DNA of 63,907 nucleotides, filler included, from Chiloscyllium plagiosum (Eukaryota), in assembly GCF_004010195.1 (NCBI RefSeq). It is 4 parts of one record of this genome, joined end to end, with 100 filler letters (N's around TTAATTAATTAA, not from the genome) between each part and the next. Parts side by side here need not be neighbours in the genome. Positions count along the whole stretch, not along the records: positions 20,829 to 49,677 come from NC_057715.1; positions 49,778 to 56,713 come from NC_057715.1; 2 more parts are not named here. The stretch is one strand, 5' to 3'. Below, in pieces: positions 37,633 through 50,350 of the stretch. The translations under genes were made by a program, and so were the position numbers. Below the pieces are notes generated by a model, which worked only from the letters and a program-made list of their open reading frames with translations, was not told where the DNA came from and searched no databases. Each line of letters opens with the position of its first letter. Position 1 is the first letter of the stretch.

Positions 37633-37884
37633 GTGAGAGAAAGAGCTTGGTTTGCTTCCTTTCTATCTTTTGTGTTTTGTTGTTAGAAACATCTGCAGCC
37701 CTATGATTTAACTAAACAATTAAACATTTATATCTAGTGAGCCAGCTTTCATTCCAGGAATTACCACAAGCTGTGATCGTACAATGGTTGATGTTACATC
37801 AACAGTTTCGACCATAAGTAAGAACAGTAATAAGCTGCTCAAGCCTGCTGTGCCATTCACTAGAATCATAGCTGATCCAACATT

Positions 37885-38282
37885 TAGAGTCAGAGTCATA
37901 TATCATGGAAACAGAGCCTGCACTGCAACTAGTTCACATCAACCATGGTCCCAAACTAAACTAGCCCCACCTGCCTTGTTTGGCCCATATTCCTCCAAAC
38001 CTTTCCGATTCATGTACTTATCAAAATGTGTTTTAAATGTTGTAACTGTACCAGCATCTATCACTTCCTCTGACAGTTCATTCCACAAACCTAACCACAC
38101 TTTTTTAAAAAAAAAAGTCCCCCTCATGTTCTTTTCAAATCTTTCTCTTCTCACCTTAAAAATATGCCCCCTAGTTTTGAACTCTTCCACCTCAGGGAAA
38201 AAAACCTTTGCTACTCACCTTATCTATGCCCCTCATGATTTTATAAACCTCTAAGGTCACCCCTCAACCTCCTATGCTCCAT
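37885..38282 (-). mobile_element. CR1 3' fragment
   Basis: KTRGHIFKVRRERFEKNMRG..LWNELSEEVIDAGTVTTFK. Confidence 0.85.
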
Positions 38283-39014
38283 TGTACATACTCTGAGGCC
38301 TGCCCATGACTAAGCAGCACAAAATGGCTGACAGCTGCCCATAGCTAATGCAGAAGAATATGGCTGACATTAGTTAGAGACCTTGGGAAAATATTTGCTT
38401 TATGTGGTTTTACTAGCGGAACAACAGTAACTCTGTAGGCCCAAGTTTACTGGACTGAGATAGAATGTGCAGCTTTTATTGCTTATGCATAAGGCACAGA
38501 TAAGACATTTAATTTGTGAATCTCTCAAATGATTTAATCAATCTGTTACAATACTAATAGTAGGTTTTAGTTAAGATTCTTCAAATAATCATAGATTATA
38601 GACTTCAAAATAATTACAGATCAACTTATATATGAAAAACATAAAAGCTCTAGAGGAAAAGATTCAAACCAGTTTCAGACAGTGAAAGCAGCCTCCACAT
38701 CATTACAGGGAGATAAGAGATTCTGGTAACGTAGGACTGGGGGGGTAGACCACAAGCCTGTCCATCTCTTTGTCATTCAGAGATACGATTAGCTTACTTG
38801 GAAATACATTGAAACTGCTGAGTGTGCAGTACTTCCTTCAGGTTAAGGACAAAACAATGCATTTACTAAGGAACAACTCATTGCTGCTGGCCAATAGTAA
38901 ACAGCAGGGGGGGGTAGTGATCCGTGCGTGCGCTTTGACCTTATGCGGTGTTAAATAAGCTACACTTTTTATGTGCCTTATTGCTCTGGAGAATTGAAGC
39001 TGTATTGAAAATAA

Positions 39015-41100
39015 AGACCATAAGACATAGGAGCAGAAATTGAGCCAATCGGCTCATCGAGTCTGCTCCGCCATTCAGTCATGACTGATAAGTTTTGTCA
39101 CCGCATTTTCTCCCCCATAACCTTTAATCCCTTTAACAATCAAGAACCTATCTCTCTCTGTTTGAAACATGTGGCAATGAATTCCACAGATTCACCACCT
39201 TCTAGCTAAAGACGTTTCTCCTACCTCCATTCTAAAGGGTACTCTTAGGCTGTGCCCTTGGGTCATTGCCTCTTGCCAATGGAAACATCTCTTCCCAACA
39301 TCCACTCTGTCCAAGCCGTTCTGTATTCTGAGAGTTCCAGTCAGATTCCCCCCTCATCCTTCTAAACGCCATTGAATAATATCCCAGAGTTTTCAAATGT
39401 TCCTCATATGTTGAGCCTTTCAATCCTGGGATCATTTTTGTGAACTTCTTCTGGACCCGTTCCAGGGCCAGTAACAAGCTTCCTGAGGTATGCAGCGCAA
39501 AATTGCTCAATACTTTAAATGTGGTCTGATAATGAGCCTTATAAAGCCTTAGAAGTGCATCCCTGCTTTTACATTCTAGTCCTCTCGAGATAAATGACAA
39601 CATTGCATTTGCCTTCCTAACTATTGATTTAACCTGCAAGTTTACCTTGAGAGAATCCTGGACTAGAACTCCCAAGTTCCTTTGCACTTCAGATTTCTGA
39701 ATTTTCTTCCCATTTAGAAAATAGTCTATGCCTCTACTCTTCCTACCAAGGTGCATGACCTCACACTTTCCCATGTTGTATTTCATCTGCCACTTCTTTG
39801 CCCACTCTCTTAACTAGTCTAAATCTTTCTGCAGCCTCCCTGCTTCCTCAATACTACCTGCCCCATCATCTATCTTTGTATCAGCTTCAGACTTTGCCAG
39901 AATGCCCTCATTTCCTTCATCCAGATCATTAATGTATGAAGTGAAACATTGTGGTCCCAACGCTGACNNNNNNNNNNNNNNNNNNNNNNNNNNNNNNNNN
40001 NNNNNNNNNNNNNNNNNNNNNNNNNNNNNNNNNNNNNNNNNNNNNNNNNNNNNNNNNNNNNNNNNNNNNNNNNNNNNNNNNNNNNNNNNNNNNNNNNNNN
40101 NNNNNNNNNNNNNNNNNNNNNNNNNNNNNNNNNNNNNNNNNNNNNNNNNNNNNNNNNNNNNNNNNNNNNNNNNNNNNNNNNNNNNNNNNNNNNNNNNNNN
40201 NNNNNNNNNNNNNNNNNNNNNNNNNNNNNNNNNNNNNNNNNNNNNNNNNNNNNNNNNNNNNNNNNNNNNNNNNNNNNNNNNNNNNNNNNNNNNNNNNNNN
40301 NNNNNNNNNNNNNNNNNNNNNNNNNNNNNNNNNNNNNNNNNNNNNNNNNNNNNNNNNNNNNNNNNNNNNNNNNNNNNNNNNNNNNNNNNNNNNNNNNNNN
40401 NNNNNNNNNNNNNNNNNNNNNNNNNNNNNNNNNNNNNNNNNNNNNNNNNNNNNNNNNNNNNNNNNNNCTGAAATACCATTACCTCTGATTCTATCTTCTC
40501 CCTCTCAAATTGCAGAGTAAATTCAATCATATAATGATCACTGCCTCCTAAGGGTTCCTTCATCTTAAGCTCCCTTATAAAGTCTACCTCACTGCACAAC
40601 GCTAAATCCAGTTCCCGAGTGGGCTCCACCACAAGCTGCTCCAAAAAGCCATCTTGTAGTCATTCCACAAATTCCAAAGCTTGCAATCCACTACCAACCT
40701 GGTTTTCCCAGCCTACCTGGATATTGAAATCCCCCATGATCACTGTAACTTTGCCTTTCCTATACATCTTTTCTATCTCTGGTGTATCTAATGCCCCAGC
40801 TCTTGGCTATTGTTTGGTGGCCTCCTTTTAGGTTTTTTTTTTAAAAACCTTTGCAGTTCCTCAACTCTACCCACACAGGTTTGACACCATCTGATCAGAT
40901 TGCTATTGATTTAATTCAATTTTTTTTACTAACAAGGCAAGCCCTCCCCCTCTGCCCACCTGCCTGTCTTTTCAATAGGATGCGGATTGTTGCGATATTT
41001 AGCTCCTTGTCCTAATCCCCATGACTCCATGATACCCACATCATACCTGCTAATTTCGAACTGTACCACAAGCTCATTTACCTTAAAGCTGCAATAAAGG
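39015..41100 (-). mobile_element. CR1 LINE spanning a 500-N gap
   Basis: LGGSDHYMIEF; YINDLDEG...ADTKI; KCEVMHLGR; 3' tail at ~39020. Confidence 0.85.
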
Positions 41101-41604
41101 TTACCTGACATCCTCTCGCGACTTGGACTTTCATTGGAAATTACGAGATCTAATACACACCAAGGTCTTGTTGCACCTCTGCCTTTGTCAAACTGTCACC
41201 ATTCAGATAACTTCACATTTGTCCACATTAATTTTCACCTGCCGTGCAGTAGTCCACTCACTCAACTTGTCCAAGATCTGCTTTCGCAACAGAACACCAA
41301 TGTGTTGCACAAAAATCACACAATAAACCAAACTATTTTTAATTATCTTAACACACACACAGCAAAATAAAATCTCACTGTTTCCTGATACTAACTGTAA
41401 AATTCGAAATTATACCCATTTCACAGCTCTTAAGTTTCTATTTCACTAACTCCTGACAATTTTTGTGCCACGGATGTAGACAAGTGAGTCCTTCTCAAAT
41501 TTATTGACAATTTTTTTCACAAATCTGATAGCTTGAACATTCCCAGTTTCAATAACCTGCAGACTCTTACTAAGCTCTCCGTTTGCAAGATTACAAACTG
41601 AATG

Positions 41605-42410
41605 CTGCCTGATGGGTTGGTCTCATGGACAGATGGTATTTAACTGTGATAAGTGTGAGGTGATGCACTTTGGAAGAAGAAACAAGATGTATTAATGAGT
41701 ATTTAATGAATGGCAGGACACTGGATAGCTTAGAGGAACCAGAGGGATCTTGAGGTGATTATTCACAAATCCCCGAGGTCAGCAGAGCATGTGAATAGGA
41801 TATTGAAGGCATATGGAACATTTGCTTTCATCAGTCATGGCATAGACTATAAGAGCAAGAAGGTAATGTTGGAGTTATAGTGTATTGGTTAGGCTATAGC
41901 TGGAGTACTGTGTGAAGTTCTGGTCAACTCACTACCACTAGAAGGGCTACAGAGGAGGTTCACCAGGATGTTGCCTGGGATGGAGAGACTGAGGCATAAG
42001 GAGAGACTAGATATGCTTGGATTGCTTTCTCTAGAGCTGAAAAGACTGAGGGGTTGGGGGTGACATAATTGAGGTACGATTACAAGGGATACGGACAGGG
42101 TGTATAGAGAGCAGCTTGGGAGTTAAGGGGTCAATCATAAGAGGGCACAGTTTTAGGGTAAGAGGCAAGAGATTCAGAGGGAAGTTGGGACAAAAAGCCG
42201 GGTTGGGGGAGTCTGGAATGCACTGCCTGGGAAGGTAGTGGAGGCTGGAAACCTTACAACCTTTCAAAAAAAAAAGGGCTGAACCCTTCAAATATCAAAA
42301 CATTCAAGGATGCGGGACAGGAAATGGGATTAGTGCACTTTTAGTGGTAGTTATATTGGTACAGACTTGATGGGCCAAAGACCCTTTTCTGCACTATATG
42401 AATCTATGAT
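41605..42410 (+). mobile_element. CR1 3' fragment
   Basis: FNCDKCEVMHFGR, LEYCVKFWS, RFTRMLPG. Confidence 0.8.
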
Positions 42411-44249
42411 GTAACAGGTTCCCTGAACCCCTATGAGAGAACGAAAACTCAATCCTGATAGTTTCTGAACTGAATTAAGGAGAAACTTTGCTCAGTCCTA
42501 GATTCCTCAAACTCCACAGTATAAACAGTTTTCCATTAACACCAATAGGATCTACAGTCACCTGCTGTTTGATAAGTGATGGATTGAGTCAGTGCTCCTG
42601 AAGGACTCTTGTCTTTTTTTAAGAAACTCTTCACAGAGGTAGCTAACAATATCTGCCTTTATTTGAAATCCAGGAATCCTTGAATCCTTAACTAAGGACA
42701 ATGTGTTCATACAGAGTGTGGAAGGTCAGAGGTTGTACTATGTACATGGCAAGAGGTGAAAGGATGGGATTGGAGGGAAGGGAAGGATCCAGAGAGGCGT
42801 CAAGACCTGCAAGTTTTTAGAGTTTGCATTCCTTAACACCTGAAAACCTTATAAAAGCCTGGAGGGTAACAGAAGGCAATGAAGCTGAACAACATCAAAG
42901 AGAGAAAGAAAAATCCCAGAGAGAACAGCAGAGCTTCAAGATCAGCACTTCGAAAAGACAAGTGACAGTGAATCAAACATGAAAAGAAAGGTAAAACACA
43001 GAGGATGCTGGAAATCTGAAATAAAAACAAAGTGATGGAGAAACTCTGCAGGTCTGGCAGCTTCTGTGGAGAGAGAAACAGAGTTAATGCTTCAAATTAA
43101 GGGTAAGCGAAGGCCTAGCGGTATTATCGCTGGACTGTTAATCCAGAGACCAAGGTAATGTTCTCAGGACCCAGGTTCAAATCCCCCCACAGCTCGGACT
43201 CCAATATACTCTGCTTCAGACAAAAGCAGTTGACTTGGACAGCCCATCAGAAACAAGTCAGGAATTGAGACACAAATCTGTTTATTACATGATATGGAGC
43301 CATGAAGAATCATTACAAACATGTAGCTCTGATACTCCTCTCATCCACAGCAACACATACCATCACATTTCACATCCTCCCAGATATACAATGTGCAAAA
43401 CCTGCAATGGTGCAAATTTTACAGTTCATTAAAAAGTGAAGCGCATAGTGCAGGGACAACAAAAAAAAAACTTCATTACTCCCACGACAGGTAAAGCACA
43501 GGATTAGCTACAGAGTAAAGCTCTGCCACACTGCCCCAAAAATTCTCCCTGACGGATGCTCAGAGCACCTCAAAGCATACCACTGTAGGATTTCGCAGGC
43601 TTCTGATCCATCTGTTTAAAGGAACAGGGTGAATCTCATCACAGAGGCAAGAATGTGAATTATTTTCATTAAAAGGTTATGATTCTAGGGATCAACTGGA
43701 ATTAAAATTCAGATCAGCCATGACCAAACTGAATGATCAGGTAGGAATAAAAAGCTTCCTTCAGAATGCTACTGTCAAGAAGCACAATAAAGGTGGTCAC
43801 CTCAGGGAGGTAAGTCAGGCAGCACCCGAGGATCAGGACAGTTGATCTTTCGGACTTTAGCCTGATGGAGGAGCCTGCCTGAAACGTCGACTCTCCTCCT
43901 CCTCCTCAGATACTGACCAATCTGCTGTGCTTTTTCCAGCGTCAGACTTTATCGACTCTGACTCTCCAGTGTCTGTAACACTCACTACCACTTCAGAGAG
44001 TTAACAGGGTAGTGTGCAGGAAAGTGACGAAAACAGTCTGAGGGCCTCAATGTTTGTTGAGGGAGAGACTGTGGGGAGTGGATATCAGGGGCTATCTACA
44101 ATCATTATCGCACCAGTGTTAACCAGGGATTATATGTGGTTCAACCCTCACCTTGGCAACATCACTGGCCAGCCAGTTACTAACACACTGTACACAAACA
44201 CAATCACTAACTGACTGCTCCACATTCAGCACATGCCATAAACAACTTT

Positions 44250-44560
44250 TTATTAGATTACTGACAGTGTGGAAACAGGCCCTTCGGCCCAACAAGTCCA
44301 CACCGACCCGCCGAAGCGTAACCCACCCAGACCCATTCTCCTACATTGACCCCTTCACTTAACACTACGGGCAATTTAGCATGGCCAATTCACTTAATCT
44401 GCACTTTTTTTTTGGATTGTGGGAGGAAACCGGAGCACCCAGAGGAAACCCATGCAGACACGGGGAGAACGTGCAAACTCCACACAGTCAGTCGCCTGAG
44501 GCGGGAATTGAACCCGGGTCTCTGGCGCTGTGAGGCAGCAGTGCTAACCACTGTGCCACT
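44250..44560 (-). mobile_element. Near full-length HE1-type SINE in the SMPD1 3' region (sense to SMPD1)
   Basis: Reverse complement gcagtggcacagtggttagcactgctgcctcacagcgcc...cgggttcaattcccgcc...ccacactgtcagtaatctaataaaa. Confidence 0.85.
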
Positions 44561-44710
44561 GCTCTGCTCAGAATCCAGCCAGCCCTGTCCAGTCGGTCAA
44601 TGTCCAGTCAGTTGTGTCCAGCAGTCATCAAGATTCATTGGATGTCCCTGAAATTAAAGCAATGATAAATTCTATGAGGAGATCATTTCAGATATTGGCC
44701 TGAGGTGATT

Positions 44711-45114
44711 TTAGCACATTCTCCGCTGCCTCCAGAAGCTCTGTGTTTCCCTGTATGTCACCTTGTTGTGAAGGTCCTTGCAAAGTGCAGGGTCATCTGC
44801 TCTGCCTGTACGAAGGGCACAGATGGTGGCAGTCTTGCAGGCTTGCTGACACGGTTGGGAAGTGTGGCCCTTGTGGTACAGGAACCAGTACCTCTGGAAG
44901 AGACTGTCATCGAGCAGGAAGCGGTTGATCAGGTTATCCATATCGACAGGAAACGCAGACTTCATCCCATAGGCCTCCCGGAGCCTGTACAGGAAAACCC
45001 ACCTGGGATTGTCTCCCTCATTGGCCTCAGTCAGGTTCAGGATGTAGGTCTCATGGTCAAGAACTGAATGTGAACTCGCTGGATAATTCCCATCAATCTG
45101 GTAAACCCGAAACC
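44711..45114 (-). CDS. SMPD1: SMPD1 last coding exon (exon 6)
   Basis: Acceptor at 45115-17; in frame with exon 5: (G)FRVYQIDGNYPASSHSVLDHETYILNLTEANEGDNPRWVFLYRLREAYGMKSAF...YWFLYHKGH...CQQACKTATICALRTGRADDPALC...RRMC*. Confidence 0.96.
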
Positions 45115-45227
45115 CTGTGGAAAAACAAGGCTTTTTTTTTTTAAAAAGAACGAACTACACCAGCAGACAGTATTTCTGATGCTGGAACATTTCAGGTAAC
45201 AGGAGCTCAAACCCCACACAGGCACTT

Positions 45228-46687
45228 GAATCATAGAGTCATAGAGATGTACAGCGTAGAAACAGACCCTTCGGTCCAACCCGTCCATGCCGACTGGATA
45301 TCCCAACCCAATCTAGTCCCACCTGCCAGCACCCGGCCCATATCCCTCCAAATCCTTCCTATTCATATACCCGTCCAAATGCCTCTTAAATGTTGCAATT
45401 GTACTAGCTTCCACTATTTCTTCTGGTAGCTCATTCCATACACGTACCACCCTCTGTGAAAAAGTTGCCCCTTAGGTCTCTTTTATATCTTTCCCCTCTC
45501 ACCCTGAACCCCTCTAGTTCTGGACTCCCCGATCCCAGGGAAAAGACTTGCCTATTTACCCTATGCATGCCTCACATAATTTTGTAAACCTCTATAAGGT
45601 CACCCCTCAGCCTTCGACGCTCCAGGAAAAACAGCCCCAGCCTGTTCATCCTTTCCCTATAGCTCAAATCCTCCAACCCTGGCAACATACTTGTAAATCT
45701 TCTCTGAACCCTTTCAAGTTTCACAACATCTTTCCGATAGGAAGGAGACCAGAATTGCATGCAATATTCCAACAGTGGCCTAACCAATGTCCTGTACAGC
45801 TGCAACATGACCTCCCAACTCCTGTACTCAATACTCTGACCAATAAAGGAAGGCATACCAAACGCCTTCTTCACTATCCTACAGAACATAGAAAAGTACA
45901 GCAAAGAACAGGCCCTTTGGCCCACGAAGTTATGCCGAGATTTAATCCTAATGTAAGATATAGTAACAACCTATGCACCCCTCAACTCATTGCTGTCCAT
46001 GTGCATGTTCAGCAGTCGCTTACATGTCCCTAATGACTCTGCTTCCACCACCTCAGCTGTCAACGCATTCCATGCATTCACAGCTCTCTGACATCTCCTT
46101 TATACCTTCCTCCTAATATCTTCAAAATCTACCTGCGACTCCACTTTCAAGGAGCTATGAATCGCACTCCAAGGTCTCTTTGTTCAGCAACACTCTCTAG
46201 GACTTTACCATTAAGTGTATAAGTACTGCTAAGATTTGCTTTCCCAAAATGCAACACCTCGCCTTTATCTGAATTAAACTCCATATGCCACTTCTCAGCC
46301 CATTGGCCCATCTGATCAAGATCCTGTTGTAATCTGAGGTAACTCTCTTCACTGTCTACTACATCTCCAAATTTGGTGTCATCTGCAAATTTACTAACTG
46401 TATCTCTTATGCTCGCATCCAAATCATTTATGTAAATGACAAAAAGTAGAGGGCCCAGCACCGATCCTTGTGGCACTCCACTGGTCACAGGCCTCCAGGC
46501 GGAAAAACAACCCTCCACCACCACCATGTCTTCTACATTTGAGCCAGTTCTGTATCCAAATGGCTAGTTCTCCCTGTATTCCGTGAGATCAAACCTTGCT
46601 AATCAGTCTCCCATGGGGAACCTTGTTGAACGCCTTACTGAAGTCCACATAGATCACATCTACCGCTCTGCCCTCATCAATCCTCTT
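45228..46687 (-). mobile_element. CR1 (45228-45880 + 46130-46687) interrupted by another CR1 3' end (45882-46128)
   Basis: VTSGVPQGSVLGPLLFVIYINDLD..KFADDTK; LEYCMQFWSP; cactatcct|...|atctacctg rejoin across the insert. Confidence 0.9.
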
Positions 46688-46839
46688 GAGAATTTGAGTT
46701 TAACCGGAAAATGTTGTATTTGGTTGAAGTGAAGGTGTGAGATTGTCATAAAATCTTCAACTTGTTTCCAAAAAACCTTGAGGGCAGGAGACAAGCCATG
46801 AGACCCAGTTATCATTGTTACAAAACACATTGCTGTGTG

Positions 46840-48525
46840 GCTTGTTGTTCAAGAAGGGGAGTAGAGACAACCCTGGTAATTATAGACCTTACTTTGTTGT
46901 GGGCAAAGTGCTGGAAAACGTTATAAGAGTTAGGATTTATAATCGTCAAAAGATAAATAAGTTGATAAGGGATAGTCAATGTGGTTTTGTGAAGGGTAGG
47001 TCATGCCTCACAAACCTTATTGAGTTCTTTGAGATGGTGACCAAACAGGTGGATGAGGGTAAAGCGGTTGATGTGGTGTAAATGGATTTCAGTAAGGTGT
47101 TTGATAAGGTTCCCCACAGTAGGCTATTGCACAAAATACGGAAGCATGGGATTGAAGGCGATTTAGCGGTTTGGATAACAAAATTGACTAGCTGAAAGAA
47201 GACAGAGGGTGGTGGTTGATGGAAAATGTTCATCCTGGAGTTCAGTCACTAGTGGGGTACCACTGTTTGTCATTTTTATGAATGACCTGGAAGATGGTGT
47301 AGAAGGATGGGTTGGTAAATTTGCAGATGACACTAAGGTCAGTGGACTTCACCAGTCTCATTTCCCCTCCCCCCACCTTACCCCAGTTCCAACCTTCCAG
47401 CTTAGCACCATCCTCATGACCTTTCCTACTTGCCAATCTTCCTTCCCACCTATCCACTCCACCCTCCTCTCTGACCTATCACCTTCATCCCCACCTCCAC
47501 CTACCTATTGTAGTCTTGGCTACCTTCTCCCCAGCCCCACCCCCTTCCCATTTATCTCTCCACCCTGCGAAACATTGACTTTCCTGCTCCTCGGATGCTG
47601 CCTGACCTGCTGTGTTTTTCCCGCATCACTCTAATCTGGACTCTGGTTTCCAGCGTCTGTAGTCCTTATTTTTGACTAAGGTCAGTAGAGTTGTGAATGG
47701 TGCCGAAGGATGTTGCAGATTACAGAGGGACATAGATAAGTTGCAGAGCTGGGCTGAGAGGTGGCAAATGGAGTTTAATGCAGATAAATGTGAGATAATT
47801 CACTTTGGAAGGAGTAACAGGAATGCAGAGTTAATGGTAAGATTCTTGGTAGTGTAGCTGAACAGAGAGATCTCATTGTACATGTACATAGATCCCTGAA
47901 AGTTGCCACCCAGGTTGATAGGGTTGTTAAGAAGGCAAACTGTGTGTTAGCTTTCATTGGCAGAGGGATTAAGTTTCGGAACCATGATGTCATGCTGCAG
48001 CTGTACAAAACGCGGGTGGGGGCACATTTGGAGTATTGCATACAGTTCTGGTCACTGCATTATAGGAAGGATATGGAAGCTTTGGAAAGGGAACAGAGGA
48101 GATTTACTAGGATGTTGCCTGGTCTGGAGGGAAGGTCTTATGAAGAAAGGCTGAGGGACTTGAGGCTGTTTTTGTTAGAGAAGAAGGTTGAGAGGTGACT
48201 TAATTGAGACATACAAGATAATCAGAGGGTTAGATTGGGTGGCCAGTGACAGCCTTTTTCCTCAGACATAGCTATAAATTGAGGGGTGATGTATATAGGA
48301 CAGATGTCAGAGGTAGTTCCTTTACTCAGAGTCGTAGGGGCATGGAACGGCCTGCCTGCAACAGTAATAGACTCGCCAACTTTAAGGGCATTTAAATGAT
48401 CAGTGGATAGACATATGGATAAAAATGGAATAGTGTAGGTTAGATGGGCTTCAGATTGATTTCACAGGTCGGCGCAACATTGAGAGCCAAAGGGCCTGTA
48501 CTGCGCTGTAATGTTCTACGTTCTA
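46840..48525 (+). mobile_element. CR1 RT/3' fragment with a nested PLE fragment (47344-47674)
   Basis: GFVKGRSCLTNLIEFFE, KFADDTKV; nested element flanked by actaaggtcagt (47332-43 / 47675-86). Confidence 0.9.
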
Positions 48526-48720
48526 TGGCTGCAGTCACATACAGATCAGGATCAGATTTTCACGTTGGAGCACTCCACAACAGGCTATATAAACCACTCT
48601 GCATCCTGAGTTAAGTACAGTCTAACTCTCCCTCCCGACCCACAGCACCCATTCCCCCATCTTGCCCACACACAGATCCCTCCCTCCGCCCCCCACCCCC
48701 AGCACAGGTGCCCCACGTAC

Positions 48721-48866
48721 CTGGACTGAGGTTGATGTACGTTGTGACACTTGGGGAAATGAAAGCAACAGACACTGCACGGCTCAGAGTCTCCTCATCG
48801 TAAAAAACCTCAAACTCATCCACATGGGTATGGCCAAAAAACTGGGCAGCAATTGTCCCCTCATAC
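48721..48866 (-). CDS. SMPD1: SMPD1 exon 5 (GHTH metal-binding motif)
   Basis: Minus-strand CAG and GTACGT sites; 146 nt (the human exon 5 length); [48 protein letters not shown](G). Confidence 0.96.
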
Positions 48867-49152
48867 CTGGGACAGCAAGGAGAGAGTTAGCAGATCAACA
48901 GTGAGACCACAGAGGGGGCAAACAGAGTGAGGGCAGAGGGGCAGCAAGAGAGATTGATCAGATTGATGCGAGTGGGGGAAGGAAGAGATTGGACAGAGTA
49001 GGTGAGAGGGGAGAAAGGGTGAAGTAATGAGGGGAGACAGAAGACAGAGGGAGAATAGAGCTGGTGTTGGGGATGAAGAGAAAGTGAACTGAGTGAGGAG
49101 GGATAGAGGGCAAGTGAGGGAAGTCAGACAATGAATGGAATGGAGGAGAGAG

Positions 49153-49677
49153 AACATAGAACAATACAGCATAGAACAGGCCCTTCGGCCCACGATGTTG
49201 TGCCGAACTTTTAACCTAGATTAAGTACCCATCCATGTACCTATCCAAATGCCGCTTAAAGGTCGCCAATGATTCCGACTCTACCACTCCCACGGGCAGC
49301 GCATTCCATGCCCCCACCACTCTCTGGGTAAAGAACCCACCCCTGACATCTCCCCTATACCTTCCACCCTGCACCTTAAATTTATGTCCCCTTGTAACAC
49401 TCTGTTGTACCCGGGGAAAAAGTTTCTGACTGTCTACTCTATCTATTCCTCTGATCATCTTATAAACCTCTATCAAGTCACCCCTCATCCTTCGCCGTTC
49501 CAACGAGAAAAGGCCGAGAACTCTCAACCTATCCTCGTACGACTCCCTCTCCATTCCAGCCACCATCCTGGTAAATCTTCTCTGCACCCTCTCCAAAGCT
49601 TCCACATCTTTCCTAAAGTGAAGCGACCAGAACTGCACACAGTACTCCAAATGTGGCCTAACCAAAGTCCTGCACAG
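49153..49677 (-). mobile_element. Young CR1 3' end
   Basis: Open ORF VRPHLEYCVQFWS...FKRHLDRYMD; agaacatagaac tail. Confidence 0.92.
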
Positions 49678-49777
49678 NNNNNNNNNNNNNNNNNNNNNNN
49701 NNNNNNNNNNNNNNNNNNNNNTTAATTAATTAANNNNNNNNNNNNNNNNNNNNNNNNNNNNNNNNNNNNNNNNNNNN
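49678..49777. other. Artificial scaffold join (44N-TTAATTAATTAA-44N)
   Basis: Identical 100-nt construct; the flanks are two different CR1s in opposite orientation. Confidence 0.97.
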
Positions 49778-50350
49778 CCCTGGTGAGACCGCACCTGGAA
49801 TATTGTGTGCGGTTTTGGTCTCCAAATTTGAGGCAAGACATTCTGGCTATTGAGGGAGTGCAGCGTAGGTTCACGAGGTCAATTCCTGGAATGGCGGGAT
49901 TACCTTACACTGAAAGACTGGAGCGACTGGGCTTGTATACCCTTGAGTTTAGAAGACTGAGCGGGGATCTGATTGAGACATATAAGATTATTAAAGGATT
50001 GGACACTCTGGAGGCAGGAAACATGTTTCCTCTGATGGGTGAGTGCCGAACCAGAGGACACAGCTTAAAAATACGGGGTAGACCATTTAGGACAGAGATG
50101 AGGAGAAACTTCTTCACTCAGAGAGTGGTGGCTGTGTGGAATGCTCTGCCCCAGACTGCAGTGAAGGCCCAGTCTCTGGATTCATTTAAGAAAGAGTTGG
50201 ATAGAGCTCTCAAGGATTGTGGAATCAAGGGTTATGGAGATAAGGAAGGAACAGGACACTGATTAAGGATGATTAGCCATGATCATATTGAATGGTGGTG
50301 CAGGCTCGAAGGGCAGAATGGCCTACTCCTACACCTATTGTCTATTGTCT
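49778..50350 (+). mobile_element. Young CR1 3' end
   Basis: Open ORF RPHLEYCVRFWSP...RTRGHSLKIRG...; ctattgtctattgtc tail. Confidence 0.92.

Noticed and set aside
39814..40644. Long ORFs of 189-276 aa
   Set aside because: Artefacts of reading through 500 Ns.
45075..45095. Loss of an N-glycosylation sequon (GNYP versus human GNYS) in SMPD1
   Set aside because: As I recall, non-human orthologues such as mouse also have NYP, so it is unlikely to be novel.
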